A program made the translations under genes and the position numbers. A stretch of 51,940 bases of DNA. It comes from Eubacteriales bacterium (GTDB taxonomy: Bacteria; Bacillota; Clostridia; Oscillospirales; CAG-272). Of this stretch, positions 17,313 through 24,825 are shown piece by piece. Every line of letters begins with the position of its first letter. Within the stretch, counting starts at the first letter, position 1. The notes beneath the pieces are model-generated. The model was not told where the DNA came from and did not search any database. It worked only from the letters and a program-made list of their open reading frames with translations. The stretch covers positions 1-51,940 of the forward strand of contig JAZUQN010000031.1 of assembly GCA_045605745.1 (NCBI GenBank), read 5' to 3'.

Positions 17313-18101
17313 TTATTTTATGTCCTCATAAACCATTCTTATGTTTTCATAAACAAATTCAGGTTTAGTTTCGCTTGCCGCAAGATCCTCCAGCGTACCC
17401 TCACCACTGAGAACAAAAATTGTACTGATTCCTGCATTTACACCGCAAGCAATATCTGTATAAAGACGGTCGCCGAGAAGAACCGTCTCCTCCTTTGAAA
17501 ATCCTGTTTTTTCAATTGCCAGCAAAGCCATATCTGGCTCAGGCTTGCCAATAAACTTTGGCAAACGCTTTGTGGCATTATAAAGCATCGTGCTGACAGA
17601 CCCACAATCCGGAACATATCCATACCATGTTGGGCACACCCAATCGGGGTTTGTAGCAATATAATCAACACCTCTGCCAAGAAGAATACAAGCATCCTCA
17701 AGCTTCTTGAATGTAAGCTCGGTATCAAATCCCATAAGAAGACAATCGATATCGTCCTCAAGAACATCTGTTATAGGAAGTCCGGCATCTCTAAGCTGTT
17801 CCTTAAAAGAGGTTGTCCCCAGTGCATATATCTTTTTATATGGGTGGTTTCCAAGATAGAGCACCGTTGCATTAGTTGATGTTAAAAAATCATCCGGGCA
17901 GGATTCAATTCCAAGACTCGCAAGCTTCTCTATATATTTATCCACACTTTTTGATGAATTATTTGTAAGAAAAATATATTTTCCACCAATATTCTTTATG
18001 TGCTGAAGAATATCAAGAGTTCCGTCAAAAAGGTCATTATCAAGGTATATAGTACCATCCATATCGAAAAGAAATAGCCTTTTTTTCTTAAGTTCACTCA
18101 T
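17313..18101 (-). CDS. HAD-IIA family sugar-phosphate phosphatase (NagD-like)
   Basis: FLFDMDGTIY motif I. LTNNS. GDRLYTDI motif. The start at 18101 overlaps the glpP stop (ATGA). Confidence 0.75.
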   Translation of the reverse strand: MSELKKKRLFLFDMDGTIYLDNDLFDGTLDILQHIKNIGGKYIFLTNNSSKSVDKYIEKLASLGIESCPDDFLTSTNATVLYLGNHPYKKIYALGTTSFKEQLRDAGLPITDVLEDDIDCLLMGFDTELTFKKLEDACILLGRGVDYIATNPDWVCPTWYGYVPDCGSVSTMLYNATKRLPKFIGKPEPDMALLAIEKTGFSKEETVLLGDRLYTDIACGVNAGISTIFVLSGEGTLEDLAASETKPEFVYENIRMVYEDIK

Positions 18102-18652
18102 ATAACACTCTCCCAAAGTTCTTTTTTTCCGCTTGAAATTGCGGTTGCGCCACTGTTTATGGCCTTTTTTACCTCTTCTATGCTGTCAATAATCCCACCT
18201 GCAATAATCGGCACACCGGTAAGGGAACGCAGCCTCTCAATAACCTTATAAACAACGCCCGGCATTATCTCAATCATATCAGCTTTTGAAGCACGAAGCG
18301 AATCCATTGTTGTTTGAATAGAATGAGAATCAACAATAAAAAATCTCTGAACGGTAAAAAGTCCCAGTTCTTTTGCAGACCTTATTATATTCACTCTCGT
18401 GCTTATAATTCCGTCAATGTCAAGGCTTTTTACATATTCAATTCCGCATTTATCCTTTCCGATGCCCTCTGCAAGATCAAGGTGGATAAAGTGCTTTTTG
18501 CCCGCACTATGAACCTTTTGAGTAACGCTTGCCAAGGTGAGGATATTAGGGCAAAGATCAAAAATCATCTCAGTGGGACTTTTAAGCGCAGCTTCAAGCT
18601 CGCTTTCGCTTCTCACTGCCGCAATAACGGCGCATTTTGTAAAATCCGTCAT
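18098..18652 (-). CDS. glpP: glycerol-3-phosphate responsive antiterminator GlpP
   Basis: 184 aa. VIAAVRSESELEAALKS...GIISTR...PIIAGGII. AAGGA RBS. It lies in the same operon as the G3P dehydrogenase genes. Confidence 0.7.
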   Translation of the reverse strand: MTDFTKCAVIAAVRSESELEAALKSPTEMIFDLCPNILTLASVTQKVHSAGKKHFIHLDLAEGIGKDKCGIEYVKSLDIDGIISTRVNIIRSAKELGLFTVQRFFIVDSHSIQTTMDSLRASKADMIEIMPGVVYKVIERLRSLTGVPIIAGGIIDSIEEVKKAINSGATAISSGKKELWESVI

Positions 18653-18662
18653 AATAAAATCC

Positions 18663-19004
18663 TTACATATTTTTTGTTGAAACGATATTGCATCCGAATA
18701 CATTTTCTATTATAACATCTCCAACCGAAATTGGCAAGTGGGCAACAGAATTATTTATAATTTCCATCAGCTCAAACATTTTTTCCTTTGGAATAGGAGC
18801 ATCGGTCTTAACCGGAACAACACTGCCATCGTCACATTTAACCGTCGTTGTTACGGTTCTCATGGGAGCGATGCACTCTGTCTCCGCATATTTTTTGCCT
18901 CGTGGACAGGTGTTACCCTTAACACTCTTAACCTCACCGTTTTCTATCTCAACCTCAAGACTGCAGCCAATGGGGCAGATTATGCAAGTTAGTTCTCTTT
19001 TCAT
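18663..19004 (-). CDS. DUF1667 Cys-rich small subunit of the G3P dehydrogenase module
   Basis: MKRELTCIICPIGCSLEVE...GNTCPRG. AAGGAG RBS before the ATG at 19004. Confidence 0.7.
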   Translation of the reverse strand: MKRELTCIICPIGCSLEVEIENGEVKSVKGNTCPRGKKYAETECIAPMRTVTTTVKCDDGSVVPVKTDAPIPKEKMFELMEIINNSVAHLPISVGDVIIENVFGCNIVSTKNM

Positions 19005-19017
19005 ATCATCAATCTCC

Positions 19018-20253
19018 TTAATTCTGCTCAAGCTTAAATTCAAGCTCGTCGGCTCCGGCAAAGATAGCTTTTGTCAGCTTAACGCTTTCCATCTCACCGG
19101 GAGCTACCTTAGGTCTCTTCTTTGAAAATACCTTTTCACCGTTTTTATATACCGCAACAGTCACATTTCTGAACACATCGGAAACACGGAAATAAACGCT
19201 TACATCCTTATCCTGTGTTATCTTTTGAGGAACTGTATAGCGAATTCTGCCATCGGTCTTTATATCAAGCGAAATAGCGGCAGAGCTCTCTCCTTTTATA
19301 TATGCCGCTGCACTTTTTCCGGCAATTTCAGCTTCTTCTGAAACATAGTCAACAAGATCATGAACATGAAGCACATTTCCGCAGGCATAAATTCCCTCAA
19401 TATTAGTCTGTCTATCCTGGTCTACAACAGCACCGCTTGTAACTCTGTCAAGGCTGACACCGGCACTCTTTGAAAGCTCGTTTTCGGGTATTAGTCCAAC
19501 GCTGAGAAGAAGTGTGTCGCAAGGGATAAATTCCTTTGTTTCGGGAATTGGGCGTCTGTTTTCGTCAACCTTTGCAATGGTAACACCGCAAAGACGCTCC
19601 TTGCCATGAATCTCAACCACCGTATGGCTAAGCTTAAGCGGAATACCAAAATCATTAAGGCACTGCTCAATATTTCTGGCAAGACCTCCTGAATAGGGCA
19701 TCAGCTCACAAACCGCGTGCACCTTTGCACCCTCAAGCGTCATTCTTCTTGCCATGATAAGTCCTATATCACCCGAACCGAGAATAACCACATTCTTGCC
19801 GGGCATATATCCCTCAATGTTTACAAATTTCTGTGCCGTACCTGCACTATAGATTCCTGCAGGACGAGTTCCTGCAATATTGAGCGCCCCTTTTGAGCGC
19901 TCACGGCAGCCCATTGCCAAAATAACAGCCTTAGCCTTGATCTGAAAGATTCCGTCTTCTTCGTTTGTTGCAGTTATAACCTTATCCTCTGTAATATCAA
20001 GAACCATTGTTCCTGTTTTAAAGGGGATATTCATAGCTCTGACCTTTTCTTCGTATCTCCAAGCATATTCAGGTCCTGTCAGCTCTTCGCCAAAGCGATG
20101 CAGACCAAAACCGTTATGTATGCACTGACCGAGAATACCGCCAAGACGGTTATCTCTTTCAAGTATGAGAATATCTCTGATCCCGCTTTCATAAGCCGCA
20201 ATAGCAGCACTCATTCCGGCAGGGCCACCGCCGATGATAACCAGATCTGTCAT
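19018..20253 (-). CDS. FAD/NAD(P)-binding pyridine nucleotide-disulfide oxidoreductase family protein
   Basis: MTDLVIIGGGPAGMSAA and a second Rossmann motif VVILGSGDIGLIMA. AAGGGGGA RBS. The start lies 1 nt after the upstream stop. Confidence 0.75.
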   Translation of the reverse strand: MTDLVIIGGGPAGMSAAIAAYESGIRDILILERDNRLGGILGQCIHNGFGLHRFGEELTGPEYAWRYEEKVRAMNIPFKTGTMVLDITEDKVITATNEEDGIFQIKAKAVILAMGCRERSKGALNIAGTRPAGIYSAGTAQKFVNIEGYMPGKNVVILGSGDIGLIMARRMTLEGAKVHAVCELMPYSGGLARNIEQCLNDFGIPLKLSHTVVEIHGKERLCGVTIAKVDENRRPIPETKEFIPCDTLLLSVGLIPENELSKSAGVSLDRVTSGAVVDQDRQTNIEGIYACGNVLHVHDLVDYVSEEAEIAGKSAAAYIKGESSAAISLDIKTDGRIRYTVPQKITQDKDVSVYFRVSDVFRNVTVAVYKNGEKVFSKKRPKVAPGEMESVKLTKAIFAGADELEFKLEQN

Positions 20254-20254
20254 C

Positions 20255-21688
20255 TTATTTATCCCCCTTTGTTTTTCCGTAATTGAGGCGAGATTCTCCG
20301 CCAAACTTAGTTACATCCTCATAGGCAATGCCAAGCTCTCTTGATAGAAGCTCAACAATTCTGGGCGAGCAAAAGCCACCCTGACAGCGTCCCATTTGGC
20401 TTCTTGTTCTTCGCTTGACACCGTCAAGATCACGGGGCTTCGGATTTGTGCGTATAGCCTCAAGAATCTCTCCCTCAGTGACAGTTTCACAGCGACAAAC
20501 TATCTTGCCATAAGCCTTATCCTTTGCAATGATAGCATTCTTTTCTTCAATCGAAGCCTGTCTGAAATGATGCATAGGCTTTCTTATGGGATTAAAAGCC
20601 TTATTTTCGTGAAGCGCAAGACCGCTTTCACGAAGAATATCAACAACATATTCGGCAATTGCCGGAGAAGCGGAAAGTCCGGGGGATTCGATTCCTGCAA
20701 CATTGACAAAGCCGCGAAGCGGAGATGTTATAATAAAATCGCCCGTACTTCCAACCGCACGAAGTCCGCAGAAGGATGTTATGGTTTTGCCAAAGGGTAC
20801 TCCCTCAACATTCTCGGCAGTCTCCTTTATAACATGAGCAAAACCGCCTGCAGTTGTTGATTTATCCTCCTTGTCCTCCATATCAACCGATGTGGGGCCT
20901 GTTAAAAGATTTCCGTCAACTGTTGGAGAAACAAGAATACCTTTGCCCATTTTGCTTGGCGTTCTGAAAATAGTATGAGACACGATATTTCCACACTCTT
21001 TATCAAGAAGGATATATTCACCTCTTCTGGGATGAACCGTAAACGAGTCATCGCCAACCATTTTTGCAATGGCATCCGAATATACTCCTGCCGCATTGAC
21101 AACATATTTTGCTGTTATACTTCTGTCATTTGAGCATATCTCATAGACGCCGTTTTTGCGCTCAATAGCAGTAACGGGAAAACTGAGTTCAAGCTCTGCC
21201 CCATTATCCATTGCGTTACCGATAGCTGCAACAGTCAACTCATATGGGCATATGATTGCGCCCGTGGGTGCTCTCAGCGCACAGCTTGCGTTTTTGCCTA
21301 TATTTGGCTCAAGGCGGTGAAGCTCGTCTCTGTCAAGTATAGAAAGCTCACGAACGCCGTTTTTAACTCCACGCTCGTAAAGTGCCTTGATAGTCTCTTT
21401 ATCTTCATCCGAAAAGCCAATAACAAGAGAACCGTTGCGCTTATATTTAACGCCGAGCTCCCTTGCAACCTGCTCCATCATTTCGGAGCCTTTAACATTA
21501 AGCTTTGCTTTAAGAGAGCCTTCCTTGGCATCAAATCCTGCATGAACGATCGCAGAATTTGCTTTTGTTGCCCCCATTGCAACATCATTTTCCTTTTCAA
21601 GAAGAACGACGCGGAGATTATAACGGGATAGCTCTCTGGCTATCAGACCTCCAACAACTCCTGCACCGATTATGGCTACATCATACAT
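20255..21688 (-). CDS. FAD-dependent glycerol-3-phosphate dehydrogenase-like oxidoreductase with a C-terminal BFD-like [2Fe-2S] domain
   Basis: MYDVAIIGAGVVGG. C-terminal CRCETVTEGEI...GRCQGGFC. The 32-codon upstream extension in the ORF track overlaps the leader and has no RBS. Confidence 0.75.
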   Translation of the reverse strand: MYDVAIIGAGVVGGLIARELSRYNLRVVLLEKENDVAMGATKANSAIVHAGFDAKEGSLKAKLNVKGSEMMEQVARELGVKYKRNGSLVIGFSDEDKETIKALYERGVKNGVRELSILDRDELHRLEPNIGKNASCALRAPTGAIICPYELTVAAIGNAMDNGAELELSFPVTAIERKNGVYEICSNDRSITAKYVVNAAGVYSDAIAKMVGDDSFTVHPRRGEYILLDKECGNIVSHTIFRTPSKMGKGILVSPTVDGNLLTGPTSVDMEDKEDKSTTAGGFAHVIKETAENVEGVPFGKTITSFCGLRAVGSTGDFIITSPLRGFVNVAGIESPGLSASPAIAEYVVDILRESGLALHENKAFNPIRKPMHHFRQASIEEKNAIIAKDKAYGKIVCRCETVTEGEILEAIRTNPKPRDLDGVKRRTRSQMGRCQGGFCSPRIVELLSRELGIAYEDVTKFGGESRLNYGKTKGDK

Positions 21689-21760
21689 AATAATAACCTT
21701 TCTGTCTGCCTGTTTTTTCTCTGCCGCCGCAGACAGGCGGAGAGCTGAGATGCCAAAAAG

Positions 21761-21820
21761 GCAAAAAAAGACGCACCAAAACAAAGGGTATATAACAATA
21801 CCATTTGTTTTGATACGTCT
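21761..21820 (-). promoter_or_regulatory. leader intrinsic terminator upstream of the G3P dehydrogenase operon (candidate GlpP antitermination target)
   Basis: On the minus strand the stem is AGACGTATCAAAACAAATGG / CCCTTTGTTTTGGTGCGTCT, followed by TTTTTTT. It lies between the promoter and the ATG at 21688. Confidence 0.6.
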
Positions 21821-21841
21821 CCAAATCTCTGTATCGCTTTT

Positions 21842-21870
21842 ATTTTAATACTTTTTGCGAATTTTGTCAA
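21842..21870 (-). promoter_or_regulatory. sigma-A promoter of the G3P dehydrogenase/glpP operon
   Basis: On the minus strand: TTGACA, a 17-nt spacer, then TAAAAT. Confidence 0.6.
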
Positions 21871-21899
21871 TGGTTTTAAGAAAATTAATACAGATTTTT

Positions 21900-22757
21900 T
21901 TAAAGCTCAGATTTTGATGGCAAAAACTCTTTAATGCTTTCACGAACAATATGGAAATCGTTTGTCATAATAGTATCGATTCCCATTTCAATATGTTTTC
22001 TTGCAGTTTCTCCGTCATCTGCCTGGCAATAGTTGCATTTAATTCCATGGGCATGGGCTAGGTCTATCAAATCCTTCTCAAAAGGTCTCCAGAAAACAAA
22101 CTGTACTTTATCAAAGCCGTGCTCAATGGCAAGCTCAACCATTTTTTTGTTTCCCTCTTGCCCATGCTGAGATCCCTGACAATAAGAAGCATCCGGCAAG
22201 AGCTTTCTCATTTCAAGCAAGCTTTCGGTATGTGTACTCATAAAATAAATATGCTTTTCACAGTTATATTTTTTTATGAGTGCGGCAACCTGCTCATACC
22301 GAGGATCGGTTTTGTTTTCCGTATCGTCAAGAACATCCCATATTTTCATATGAATATTCATTATCACCCTACCGGCAAATTGCTGCAATATTTCCTCAAA
22401 AGTAGGAAGCTGAAGGCCACAAAGCTTTTCGCTGAATCTGCTGCCAAAATCCAATTTTTTCAACTCTTCAAGAGTATAACGGCCGATAAATCCCTCTCCG
22501 TTTGAAACTCTTTCGAGCCTTGCATCATGTGCTGTTACAAGCTCGCCGTCCTTTGTTGACCAAATATCAAATTCTATCTCCTCTGCCCCAAGGGAAATTG
22601 CGGCGGCAAAAGCAGGCATTGTGTTTTCGGGAGCTACGGTGTTAAAGCCACGGTGGGCACAAACACGGGGATAAGGCATATCCTTGTCATCCGGCACAAT
22701 ACCTAAGCTACCCAAAGGATATCCAAACTTACCCTTATCATTTGCAACAGTATTCAT
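21900..22757 (-). CDS. glycerophosphodiester phosphodiesterase (GDPD family)
   Basis: 285 aa. CAHRGF..APENT. EIEFDIW. AGAGGTG RBS. Confidence 0.8.
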   Translation of the reverse strand: MNTVANDKGKFGYPLGSLGIVPDDKDMPYPRVCAHRGFNTVAPENTMPAFAAAISLGAEEIEFDIWSTKDGELVTAHDARLERVSNGEGFIGRYTLEELKKLDFGSRFSEKLCGLQLPTFEEILQQFAGRVIMNIHMKIWDVLDDTENKTDPRYEQVAALIKKYNCEKHIYFMSTHTESLLEMRKLLPDASYCQGSQHGQEGNKKMVELAIEHGFDKVQFVFWRPFEKDLIDLAHAHGIKCNYCQADDGETARKHIEMGIDTIMTNDFHIVRESIKEFLPSKSEL

Positions 22758-22819
22758 CTTCTATGCACCTCTATATAAACTTAACCGGCATTTGGCTGAA
22801 CATGCCGACTTTTTTAAAT

Positions 22820-23183
22820 TTGTAACCGAGCCTATAAGCCGGGTTCTGTCGTGAGCGATCATCAATCTGTGCGCAGTGTTGCCACGGCGCTCAAGCGCAA
22901 ATGCGCTTTGCCACCTGCGGATATATGTCGGGCAAACGATCCGCTTGCGGTGTTGCTTCGGATAGGGTTTACATGGCACCCCTTGTCACCAAGGGGTCGG
23001 TGAGCTCTTACCTCACCATTCCATCCTTGCCTGCGAAAAACGCATAGGCGGTTTATTTCTGTTGCACTTTCCCTAAGGTCACCCTCGGCTGATGTTATCA
23101 GTTATCCTGCCCTATGAAGCCCGGACTTTCCTCATGATAATACCTTTCGGCACCATATCACGCAACCGCTCAGCTCGGTTACT
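22820..23183 (-). ncRNA. rnpB: RNase P RNA
   Basis: The minus strand contains GAGGAAAGTCCGGGC (P4 5' strand; rc of 23121-23135) and ACAGAACCCGGCTTATAGGCTCGGTTAC at the 3' end, which pairs with GTAACCGAGC at the 5' end (P1). The ends are approximate. Confidence 0.9.
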
Positions 23184-23188
23184 ATAAC

Positions 23189-23217
23189 ATTATACAGCAA
23201 AAGCACACCAAAGTCAA
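23189..23217 (-). promoter_or_regulatory. sigma-A promoter of rnpB
   Basis: On the minus strand: TTGACT, a 17-nt spacer, then TATAAT. It ends about 6 nt before the predicted P1 5' end. Confidence 0.65.
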
Positions 23218-23296
23218 TCGTGAATTTTATTTATAGATAAATTCACATGAAGGTGTGCTTTTGCATATTATATTTGCATTTTTATTTTAAGTTAGC

Positions 23297-23977
23297 TCAA
23301 AACTCTTTTGCTTTAAGCTGAGGCAAACGGGCAATAACAAGGGCAACGATTGCAGTTAAAATGATCTCGGGTATCATATATAGTCCGTTATAAATAACAG
23401 AATAAACGAGAGCAAGCATTTTGCCATCGAAAGCTGAGAGAATCTTATCCCCTATACCACCTACATTAAATGTCTCTGTAAAGAACCACTCGGCATATGC
23501 GCCCCAGAAAATAAAGCCGGAAATAATATGGGCTATGTATCTAAAGGTGGTTGCAACAATGGCACCGAGGAAAAGTCCCTGTGACCTGTTTTTGCTTTTT
23601 CTGAAAGCACCGCCTATGCCAAGAACTCCATAGGCAATTATATAGTCAATGAGTGTTATTGCAATTGCGGCAAAAAGCTTCATTCCACCCTCGTCTTCGG
23701 GAAGAAAATATGCAATGATAGTTGAATTTTTGCCCATCATCAGATCCATAAGTATCTGCAGAACTGCATAGGTAAATGATGTGAAAAAACCCCATTTCAT
23801 TCCATAAACATATGAAACGATTATAATCGGCAGCATACTTGCAAGGGTCAGCGTGCCACCATAAGGAAGCTGCAAAAAGGGTATAAGGGCACAAACAAGA
23901 GCTAAAACTGCCGCAAGGGCAATCATAACGCCGCTGAAGGTTAGTCGGTGAATATCGATTTTTTTCTTTGTATTCAT
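23297..23977 (-). CDS. thiT: thiamine transporter ThiT (ECF S-component / YuaJ family)
   Basis: 226-aa polytopic membrane protein. AAAGGAG RBS before the ATG at 23977. A TPP riboswitch lies directly upstream. Confidence 0.75.
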   Translation of the reverse strand: MNTKKKIDIHRLTFSGVMIALAAVLALVCALIPFLQLPYGGTLTLASMLPIIIVSYVYGMKWGFFTSFTYAVLQILMDLMMGKNSTIIAYFLPEDEGGMKLFAAIAITLIDYIIAYGVLGIGGAFRKSKNRSQGLFLGAIVATTFRYIAHIISGFIFWGAYAEWFFTETFNVGGIGDKILSAFDGKMLALVYSVIYNGLYMIPEIILTAIVALVIARLPQLKAKEF

Positions 23978-24059
23978 TTTGAATACTCCTTTCTTTGCAA
24001 TATGTAAAGGCAGCCTCACGAATAGCCGTGTTGCTGCCTTAAAAATGCAAAAAAAGATC

Positions 24060-24145
24060 AAACAACTTCCTACGCCGGTATTATCCGTATCAGGTTATAA
24101 GGGTTCGGATCTCTCCGTCTCAGCCAAAGGCACCCCTGCGTGTGA
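24060..24145 (-). promoter_or_regulatory. TPP (THI-box) riboswitch
   Basis: The minus strand reads CGCAGGGGTGCCTTTGGCTGAGACGGAGAGATCCGAACCCTTATAACCTGATACGGATAATACCGGCGTAGGAAG. It contains the conserved CTGAGA and ACCTGAT.CGGATAAT.CCGGCG elements. Confidence 0.9.
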
Positions 24146-24174
24146 CTGCGTCACATATTAAATTTTACTTTTTC

Positions 24175-24202
24175 ATTATATCATATTTTTCCCATTTGTC
24201 AA
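24175..24202 (-). promoter_or_regulatory. sigma-A promoter of the TPP riboswitch/thiT unit
   Basis: On the minus strand: TTGACA, a 16-nt spacer, then TATAAT with a TG at the extended -10 position. Confidence 0.6.
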
Positions 24203-24257
24203 GTGTATAACAGTAAAATCTCCAACATTGTTTTATTATTTTTATCGCCCAAAAATA

Positions 24258-24286
24258 TTGACACTTTCAGAAAATTATGGTAAAAT
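24258..24286 (+). promoter_or_regulatory. sigma-A promoter of the two-micropeptide unit
   Basis: TTGACA, a 17-nt spacer, then TAAAAT. Confidence 0.6.
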
Positions 24287-24333
24287 ATAGCAAAGACATT
24301 TATTGTCAAATATGTAAATGGGGGGTGAATCCA

Positions 24334-24480
24334 ATGGTGATCAAAAACATTTGGAATACTATTACAATTACTTCAATCACTGCTTCAGCAAATTCTTCAC
24401 AAGAGTTAGGTTTTTCTGTGACATATAACCAAGAGGGTTCATATTTTGAAACTTTCAGTACACCCGAAGTAAATTTCTGA
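24334..24480 (+). CDS. 48-aa small protein, unknown function
   Basis: MVIKNIWNTITITSITASANSSQELGFSVTYNQEGSYFETFSTPEVNF. A GGGGGGTGA RBS lies 5 nt upstream. The ATG at 24277 in the ORF track falls inside the promoter spacer. Confidence 0.45.
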   Translation: MVIKNIWNTITITSITASANSSQELGFSVTYNQEGSYFETFSTPEVNF

Positions 24481-24495
24481 TTAGGAGATGTTTTT

Positions 24496-24630
24496 TTGAA
24501 GACTTCAACTGCTATTATAATGGCATTAATCATAGGTATTTGCATAATAATCGCTGCGGATAACATAGGCGATGCAATTATTGAAGCTGGGGCGAGACTT
24601 GGCAGTAGCATCTCTGCCAAAAGGATATAA
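24496..24630 (+). CDS. 44-aa single-pass membrane micropeptide, unknown function
   Basis: TTG start with AGGAG 7 nt upstream. (M)KTSTAIIMALIIGICIIIAADNIGDAIIEAGARLGSSISAKRI. This ORF is not in the ORF track. Confidence 0.45.
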   Translation: MKTSTAIIMALIIGICIIIAADNIGDAIIEAGARLGSSISAKRI

Positions 24631-24646
24631 TACCTAATATTAATTC

Positions 24647-24680
24647 TGCCGCATTGCCATTTGGCAACGCGGCTTCAATT
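24647..24680 (+). terminator. hairpin ending the micropeptide unit (weak T-run)
   Basis: GCCGCATTGCCA / TGGCAACGCGGC stem followed by TTCAATTT. Confidence 0.45.
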
Positions 24681-24757
24681 TGTCGAAAAACTGTCATCTA
24701 TCATTGAGAATTCAATAATAAATAATGTTTTTCTACAAATGCGAAAGCTCGCCACTG

Positions 24758-24786
24758 TTGACAATAGTCACCTTTTATGTTAAAAT
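24758..24786 (+). promoter_or_regulatory. sigma-A promoter of the 24826 lipoprotein gene
   Basis: TTGACA, a 17-nt spacer, then TAAAAT. Confidence 0.6.
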
Positions 24787-24825
24787 AAACCCATAGATAA
24801 ACAAATATTTTATAGGAGGGGCGAT

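Noticed and set aside
17159-17368. 69-aa ORF starting at AGGAG-ATG in the repeat head.
   Set aside because: It reads straight through the H1 hairpin and the bidirectional terminator into the HAD gene on the opposite strand. The homologous ATG in the 7.8-kb copy gives only 16 codons.
20255-21784. N-terminally extended ORF-track calls. These are here and at 23297-24061, 32919-33830, 32080-32871, 40339-41094, 41741-43756, 18098-18703, 18663-19061 and 19018-20304.
   Set aside because: The extensions lack RBSs and overlap leaders, riboswitches or upstream genes. The internal starts have GGAGG-type RBSs and canonical protein N-termini.
22761-22979. 72-aa minus-strand ORF.
   Set aside because: It lies entirely within the RNase P RNA gene.
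24005-24045. Hairpin AAGGCAGC...GCTGCCTT between the TPP aptamer and the thiT start, considered as the riboswitch terminator.
   Set aside because: On the transcribed (minus) strand the U-run precedes the stem rather than following it. It is therefore not a canonical intrinsic terminator, and the expression platform remains undefined.
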